DNA of 25,525 bases from positions 1 through 25,525 of the forward strand of contig CAXHJY010001190.1 of the NCBI GenBank assembly GCA_964016885.1. The letters are read 5' to 3'. This DNA comes from Eledone cirrhosa (taxonomy: Eukaryota). This document shows positions 13,968-25,525 of the stretch, piece by piece. Under the pieces are notes generated by a model. It had not been told where the DNA came from. It did no database searches and saw only the letters and a program-made list of their open reading frames with translations. The position numbers and the translations under genes were made by a program. How positions within the stretch are numbered: the stretch's first letter is position 1; each line of letters opens with the position of its first letter.

Positions 13968-14284
13968 AAAATGGCGTAGGACAGAAGAAAGGAAAGGCAC
14001 AGAAACAAAGAAAGGAATCCCCAGTCACTGAAGAGGTCACAGAGCGTGTGACGAAAGGACTATGACTATATATAAACAACTATCTGGTTGTGGAACCAAC
14101 CAACCAACCAACCAGAAATTTATAAGTTTGTAGATTTATAAATTTATAAATATGTAATAAATTGAAGTGAAAGCATCTGGTGCGTGTGTTTCTTATTGGC
14201 AACATGACCCTCCCAAAGTATAACAATATCGGTTTCAACACAGGATTTCAGATAAAGAATCTTGCTAAACAAATTCAGAAACGA
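13968..14284 (+). mobile_element. HHR-bearing PLE terminal (pLTR-like) segment, family A copy 1
   Basis: 13968-14229 is directly repeated at 19797-20055, and 14193-14284 is inverted at 19707-19798. The segment contains HHR-A1 and ends in a TA tract. Confidence 0.7.
14023..14067 (+). ncRNA. Minimal type I hammerhead ribozyme HHR-A1
   Basis: AGUCA-CUGAAGA-G-GUCACA-GAGCG-UGUGAC-GAAA-GGAC-UA-UGACU. Stem I has 5 bp, stem II 6 bp and stem III 1-2 bp, with a CUA triplet. Confidence 0.85.
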
Positions 14285-14376
14285 AATATATATATATATG
14301 TATATATGTATATGTGTATATGTATATGTGTATATATATATGTATATGTGTATATATATATGTATATGTGTATATG

Positions 14377-14407
<31 letters not shown>

Positions 14408-14596
14408 ATATATGTATATATATATATGTATATATATATATGTATATATATATATGTATATATGTATATATATATATGTATATATATATATGTATATATA
14501 TATATGTATATATATATGTATATATGTATATATATATGTATATATGTATATATATATGTATATATGTATATATATATGTATATATATATATATACA
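14285..14596. repeat. G-interrupted (TA)n tract shared tail-to-tail by family A copy 1 and PLE-2
   Basis: Directly visible. Confidence 0.95.
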
Positions 14597-14684
14597 TGTA
14601 AAGTTATATTTAAAATTGTTGGGTTACAACTAGTAAATATTTATAACTGATATAAAAGCACTCGACAAATATTTGGAGTATATT

Positions 14685-14797
14685 TACAATATTAAATAAA
14701 TGGAAAACTATATTTATAAAACCATATTTATTTCATTATATATATTTCGGGGATATCATATTAACAATATGCTATGCCTTCATCAGACAAAATACAA
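14685..14797. repeat. 113-bp inverted repeat, left arm (partner 18022-18134)
   Basis: tacaatattaaataaatgg...catcagacaaaatacaa is the reverse complement of 18022-18134; I saw no mismatch by eye. Confidence 0.95.
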
Positions 14798-14802
14798 TAT
14801 AA
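14722..14802 (-). ncRNA. Type I hammerhead ribozyme HHR-B in the PLE-2 3' end
   Basis: Minus strand reads UUAUAUU-G-UAUUUUGU-CUGAUGA-AGGCAUAGCAUAUU-GUU-AAUAUGAUAUCCCC-GAAA-UAUAUA-UA-AUGAAAUA-AAUAUGG. Stem I is 8+7 bp around a bulged G, stem II is long and imperfect, stem III is a palindromic AU stretch, and the triplet is AUA. Confidence 0.8.
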
Positions 14803-16250
14803 ACAGTTTTATAGATAAATATATTCGACATACCGTAATAAACATCAACTTCATTTGAAGAGGTTTACGCTAGCAGTGAAAATACAGAGAGAAAGAAAGA
14901 GAGAAAGAAAAGAGGGAAAAACGAAAGAAAGAAAGACAAAACGAAGAAAAGGAAGAAAAAGAAAAAGAAGAAATGCATGGAACAAAATAGAGAGATGGAA
15001 AAATAGATAAAGTGAAGAGCTTCATGTAAAGAGACAGAAAGATATATATATATAGAGAGAGAGAGGAAATAGAGATAGATACATATATATATATAGAAAA
15101 TTAGGTAGTGGGAGGTCATTTTGAGTAAGTGTATCAATGATACATTTATTTATTTATTTATTTATTTATTTAGCTCAAGTATTAATGTAAGGGAGAGATA
15201 TAGAGAGATATATAGAGAGAAAAAAAAAAAAAAAATTTAAAAATATCCAGACATATTCGAGGCGTAGAAAACCCTATGTTTTAATGTATTAGTATTTATA
15301 AAACTTACACTACACTGTAAATATCAGTATTCCTGAATGAAACAAGTATTCACAATGTGTGAAAATTCATTATCTTATGTTTAGTTTTAAAAATTCATAT
15401 GTCTATGTGACAGCTACAAATCTCAATGTGAATCCAACTGATTCACTCCGCAAACTCTAAGTTATCGGAAAACATTCTCAATGTGGTATAAAAATTTGAG
15501 CGTATTATTATTCTTGCGATTACTCTACAAGATTATCTATCAAGCAGAAATAGAGAGCAGATTTCAATATACTAATCGAAAATATATATTATATTATAAA
15601 CAAAGATAACAATAATAATAATAATAAGTAAAAATATATAAAAATATAGAATAGAAAACTAAAAAAAATATTACGAAAGAATATTACATAATAAAAATAT
15701 TGCATATTAAAAATACTACGTATTAAAAAATATTACGTATTAAAGATTTACATATAAAAATTTACATATAAAAATATATAAAAATATTAAAAAAATAAAA
15801 TAAAAATAAAAATATTATAGAATACTACAATACTAAAAGAATAAAAGTAAAAATAAAAATAAAAATAAAAATGAAAATAAAAATAAACCACAAAAAACAA
15901 CTCTTCAAAGTTAATTGACAATATATTGCCAAGTTCACTACAAGACAAAGCCAAAATTATCTATCAAATCACATCTAGCAAAGAATATCGTAAAAAGATT
16001 ATGGTGTCCAATAATGTCTACATATGTTCCTATGTTTAATATAGAAGTTTATCTAGTGTAAGGTTAATTCAAAAAATTTGGAGCATCGGCTTTTAGGGTA
16101 GCTTAATTTTTCATGAGGAATGTTTAGATAAAAATAAAAATAAATAAAATAAAATAAACAATAAAAAGAGTAAAACGAGGGAATCAAAGATTTAGGAATC
16201 AAAAGATTTATCGGCTAGTTCTCATATAAATATAAATCAAACTAAATATA

Positions 16251-16913
16251 CTACATTTTAAATTTAAATTTATATTTAAACGTTGAGTTTAATCTATGTT
16301 TGCAACAACTGAATAAATTTGTCCGTAGGTTAAGGGAGTTTTTAGATTTTAGTATAAAGAATATCTCCTCTGCGCAGAGGTCACATGTCTCAGAGGATGA
16401 ATTAAAAGGAATCCCTCTTGAGACTATATTCCAAGCCGTCGAATATCTAACGTTATCTAGCTTAAGTTGCCAAAGTACCCCTGATAGTGCCGTTGAAGAT
16501 TTTTTATTTGGATCTGTGAAAGAATTCTTGTGGTTATTATAGCGAAGTTTAAATTCCGTCGATGTGGAACCGACGTAGTTAAAAGAATTAGAGTCAGTAT
16601 TAACATTACAATTGTATACTATATTTTTAACTAAGCAGTTGTTATTTAACGGACATTTAGATCTATCTCTACAGTTACATTTGTTAACTTGTATATTATT
16701 TATGCTATTATCAGTAGGTTTTAAGTTCCTATTATTTATTCTATTAATATTTTGTGCTAAATTTTTGGTGGATGAGTAGGTTAATTTAATTGTATGCCTA
16801 TTGAAGATTGAGTGATACCTATGTGTTCTAGGGAAGCGATTATCAAGAGCTTTGAAAAATAATTTAGCGATGTGGGTTTTAATGTTTAGTGAGAAAGGGG
16901 GGGGGGGGGGCAA
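16251..16913 (-). CDS. PLE-2 C-terminal part: GIY-YIG endonuclease, frameshifted from the RT at the G14 run
   Basis: Motifs are [68 protein letters not shown] and CCKH. The sequence is colinear with the PLE-1 ORF, and the listed start codon is not a real start. Confidence 0.88.
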   Translation of the reverse strand: MPPPPPFSLNIKTHIAKLFFKALDNRFPRTHRYHSIFNRHTIKLTYSSTKNLAQNINRINNRNLKPTDNSINNIQVNKCNCRDRSKCPLNNNCLVKNIVYNCNVNTDSNSFNYVGSTSTEFKLRYNNHKNSFTDPNKKSSTALSGVLWQLKLDNVRYSTAWNIVSRGIPFNSSSETCDLCAEEIFFILKSKNSLNLRTNLFSCCKHRLNSTFKYKFKFKM

Positions 16914-18045
16914 ACCAAATTATGTTCCTAGTTCTATTTCTTTTTTGTCCTTTGGAATTATTGTAATGCTTTCTATTATAGTTGTTAATGTTGTTGCCGT
17001 AATTAAAAAAGTTGTTACTTTGTTTAGTTTGTCTATCATTATCTATGTATACAATCTTATCAGCATACCCTGCCCTAGCTAGTGCATCATTATAGTATTG
17101 GGCCTTTTCGTCAAAAATCTTTCTATTCGACGAGATCCTAGAGATACGTTTTTGGACTGAGTTTACTATAGTGTTTTTGACAGATCTGGGGTGGTTAGAG
17201 TTAAAGTTGACATAGTTTAAGTTTTCATTCAACTTGTGAAAAGGATAGTGGAGACATGTGTTGAGATTTAATGTTATATCTAGGAAATTGACTATTCTAT
17301 GGTTGTTCTCAATTTCTATTTTAAGGTTAAAGTAATTAAAAAATTTTGTAATTTGTTTACATTTTCTATTTAGTTCAGGGTTATTATTATTAATAAGTAA
17401 AAGCATGTCATCCCTATATAAACCTCCGGTAGTACCAGGTATTTTCCTATGTAGCGAATTGATTAAAAATAAGCCCACAAGGTCAGTTACCTGAGCTGAG
17501 TCGGAAGATCCCATAGTTATGTCAAAATTGCTATCTCTATCTGCTCTAGTCCATAATTTGTCATTAAATTCTATCAGAGTTTTCCTAGCCGATAATATAA
17601 TATGCATTTCTTTGCTAGTTAGGTCCGTATGTTTGAATGCGTAATTTAGTGCCCTATTTAGTAGACTAGGGGTAATAGAAGAATAATAGTTAGCTATATC
17701 AAGTTGAATAAACCTATTATTATTGTCATATTTAATTTGCCTAAACCACTCAACAACCTCTCCAGTTCCCTTCCACAAGCTCAGGTTAGATACACAATCC
17801 AAGTTCTTAATTTGCAGTATCACCCTGTCAAGAATGCTTTTACTTAATTTTCCCAGGTCCGATTTTGAAGGTGCGATCAATCTCACTGGCAGGTCATTTT
17901 CAAAATTGCTCTTGTGGTCCTTCATATTGATCTTCGGTTTCCTGGGCACGAAAGGTTGTGTTCTGTTCTCAATTTCCAACTCATGCATTATACAAGATGC
18001 TTCAACATTCATTTTCTCAAGTTGTATTTTGTCTGATGAAGGCAT
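16879..18045 (-). CDS. PLE-2 reverse transcriptase, N-terminally truncated
   Basis: RT motifs are [20 protein letters not shown] (A), DITMGSSDS (B'), GLYRDD (C), VNFLDITL (E) and the thumb SNHP. The first eight codons (MPSSDKIQ) come from the inverted repeat, not from the RT. Confidence 0.92.
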   Translation of the reverse strand: MPSSDKIQLEKMNVEASCIMHELEIENRTQPFVPRKPKINMKDHKSNFENDLPVRLIAPSKSDLGKLSKSILDRVILQIKNLDCVSNLSLWKGTGEVVEWFRQIKYDNNNRFIQLDIANYYSSITPSLLNRALNYAFKHTDLTSKEMHIILSARKTLIEFNDKLWTRADRDSNFDITMGSSDSAQVTDLVGLFLINSLHRKIPGTTGGLYRDDMLLLINNNNPELNRKCKQITKFFNYFNLKIEIENNHRIVNFLDITLNLNTCLHYPFHKLNENLNYVNFNSNHPRSVKNTIVNSVQKRISRISSNRKIFDEKAQYYNDALARAGYADKIVYIDNDRQTKQSNNFFNYGNNINNYNRKHYNNSKGQKRNRTRNIIWFAPPPPFLTKH

Positions 18046-18090
18046 AGCATATTGTTAATATGATATCCCCGAAATATATATAATGAAATA
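18025..18090 (+). ncRNA. Hammerhead HHR-B', the inverted duplicate of HHR-B, antisense to the RT
   Basis: It has CTGATGA at 18033-18039, GAAA at 18071-18074 and an 8-bp stem I (18025-18032/18083-18090). Most of the distal stem I extension of the native copy is missing. Confidence 0.75.
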
Positions 18091-18134
18091 AATATGGTTT
18101 TATAAATATAGTTTTCCATTTATTTAATATTGTA

Positions 18135-18896
<762 letters not shown>

Positions 18897-19301
18897 GAGA
18901 TGACCCCTTAGCCTTTGTCAAGGCAGAATTCTAGGAGAAGGAAAACTCTGATATAACACCTGCAACCCTGATGGTATCCAATGATGTTGACTTGTTCTTC
19001 TTTTTGGTAAATATCATCTTGGTTAAGAGAGTGGGACTGGCTTTGTGCAGTGCCTTTGCTCACTATAAAAGCTTCACGGCACAGGCATTGCTTTATATCT
19101 GGAGATCTCTCTGCACTTGCCGTCACATGGTACCATGGGCCCAGCACTATGTGTCAATAATTGTCACAGGTGTAGTGTTTGTACCAGAGTTTTCATGTCG
19201 CTGGCTGGACTAAAATGTCACACTTGTTCAGCGCATCGGTAGGGGTTCTCCTACATGGATATAAAGTAGTGGCCGTACTCGAAAACGAGTTGGCAGCCAC
19301 C
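18897..19301 (+). mobile_element. Probable 3' end of a decayed non-LTR retrotransposon (RTE-like LINE)
   Basis: 19165-19242 reads [25 protein letters not shown], a C-terminal C2H2-type finger. A short UTR follows with a terminal stem-loop at 19269-19300 (gtggc..actcg-aaaa-cgagt..gccac) running into a TA tail. The clade assignment is from motif resemblance only. Confidence 0.55.
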
Positions 19302-19705
<404 letters not shown>

Positions 19706-19706
19706 G

Positions 19707-20055
19707 TCGTTTCTGAATTTGTTTAGCAAGATTCTTTATCTGAAATCGTGTGTTGAAACCGATATTGTTATACTTTGGGAGGGTCATGTTGCCAATAAAA
19801 TGGCGTAGGATAGAAGAAAGGAAAGGCACAGAAACGAAGAAAGAAATCCCCAGTCACTGAAGAGGTCACAGAGTGTGTGACGAAAGAACTATGACTATAT
19901 ATATATAAACAACTATCTGGTTGTGGAACCAACCAACCAACCAGAAATTTATAAATTTGTAAATTTATAAATATATATTAAATTAAATTGAAGTGAAAGC
20001 AACTGGTGCGTGTGTTTCTTATTGGCAACATGACCCTCCCAAAGTATAACAATAT
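19707..20055 (+). mobile_element. 349-bp fold-back HHR element, family A copy 2 (inverted tail + pLTR-like segment)
   Basis: 19707-19798 is the reverse complement of 14193-14284 (one mismatch seen), and 19797-20055 matches 13968-14229. A perfect 37-bp inverted repeat (19762-19798/20019-20055) encloses the HHR, and TA tracts flank both sides. Confidence 0.8.
19852..19896 (+). ncRNA. Minimal type I hammerhead ribozyme HHR-A2
   Basis: AGUCA-CUGAAGA-G-GUCACA-GAGUG-UGUGAC-GAAA-GAAC-UA-UGACU. It differs from A1 only at two loop positions. Confidence 0.85.
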
Positions 20056-25212
<5,157 letters not shown>

Positions 25213-25525
25213 AATAAATAACAAAGAACGCCTATAGCATATGCATATCTTTACTTGCTAACATTGTTTCATCCGCACTATAAGTGGGACTCATCAGAGC
25301 TTAAAGGTTAATTACATACCATACAAGCAATAACAAATCCAAGACATTGAAGAATGAAAAATAATAATAGACGATAAAGGATATTAAGGAAGTAAAAGTA
25401 AAAATAAAAATAAGAATAAAAATAAAAATAAAAATAAGATAATAAAATAAACAATGAAAAATAAGGGGTGCTATCAGTCACAGTTGGGCAGGGTGCTGTC
25501 AACATATAGTTACATACAAGCATAC
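25213..25525 (-). mobile_element. Probable 3' terminus of a further PLE entering from the right edge
   Basis: The minus strand has a U-rich tract followed by HHR-D ~35 nt before the TA tract, the same geometry as PLE-1 and PLE-2. No ORF is within the window. Confidence 0.55.
25249..25306 (-). ncRNA. Type I hammerhead ribozyme HHR-D
   Basis: Minus strand reads CUUUA-A-GCU-CUGAUGA-GUCCCACU-UAU-AGUG-C-GGAU-GAAA-CAAUG-UU-AGC-AAG-UAAAG. Stem I is bipartite with an internal loop, stem II has 8 bp with a bulge, stem III has 2 bp, and the triplet is GUU. Confidence 0.85.

Larger units (their letters stand above)
14597..18134 (-). mobile_element. Penelope-like retroelement PLE-2 (Hydra-clade-like), 5'-truncated with an inverted terminal segment
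   Basis: It has the RT + GIY-YIG reading frame at 16251-18021, a ~1.65-kb 3' region with sense HHR-B, and a 113-bp inverted copy of the 3' terminal region at the 5' junction. TA tracts flank both sides. Confidence 0.88.

Noticed and set aside
14180-14290. [27 protein letters not shown] as the N-terminus of a PLE ORF following HHR-A
   Set aside because: The position is compatible with a pLTR tail running into an ORF start, but it is too short and has no diagnostic motif.
15590-15900. A-rich stretch with short taaaaatattacgtat-like repeats
   Set aside because: This is ordinary low-complexity sequence within the PLE-2 3' region, and I saw no distinct structure.
16300-18058. Plus-strand ORFs 16300-16542, 16852-17082 and 17723-18058
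   Set aside because: These are antisense shadows of the PLE-2 coding region with no independent support.

Overview
This is eukaryotic, AT-rich repetitive DNA from an aquatic invertebrate, plausibly a cephalopod mollusc (inferred from the repeat types only). About 60% is (TA)n-based micro/minisatellite, and all the long IYIY/YTHI ORFs in the track are artefacts of it. I found no host gene. The unique islands between TA tracts are almost all retroelement pieces. Two divergent, 5'-truncated Penelope-like elements (PLEs) lie on the minus strand, encoding RT/thumb plus a C-terminal GIY-YIG endonuclease of the CxCx5C...CxxC...CxH type that resembles the TA-targeting 'Hydra' PLE clade. There is also a CORE-like tRNA SINE fragment and a probable RTE-like LINE 3' end. 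The main hidden signal is seven type I hammerhead ribozyme (HHR) motifs in five unrelated sequence contexts, each a short distance upstream of a TA tract in its own orientation. They mark the PLE 3' ends, an inverted 5' pLTR fragment, and two small non-coding elements: a ~425-bp retrozyme-like unit and a 349-bp fold-back unit. All ribozyme folds were done by eye, and activity is untested.
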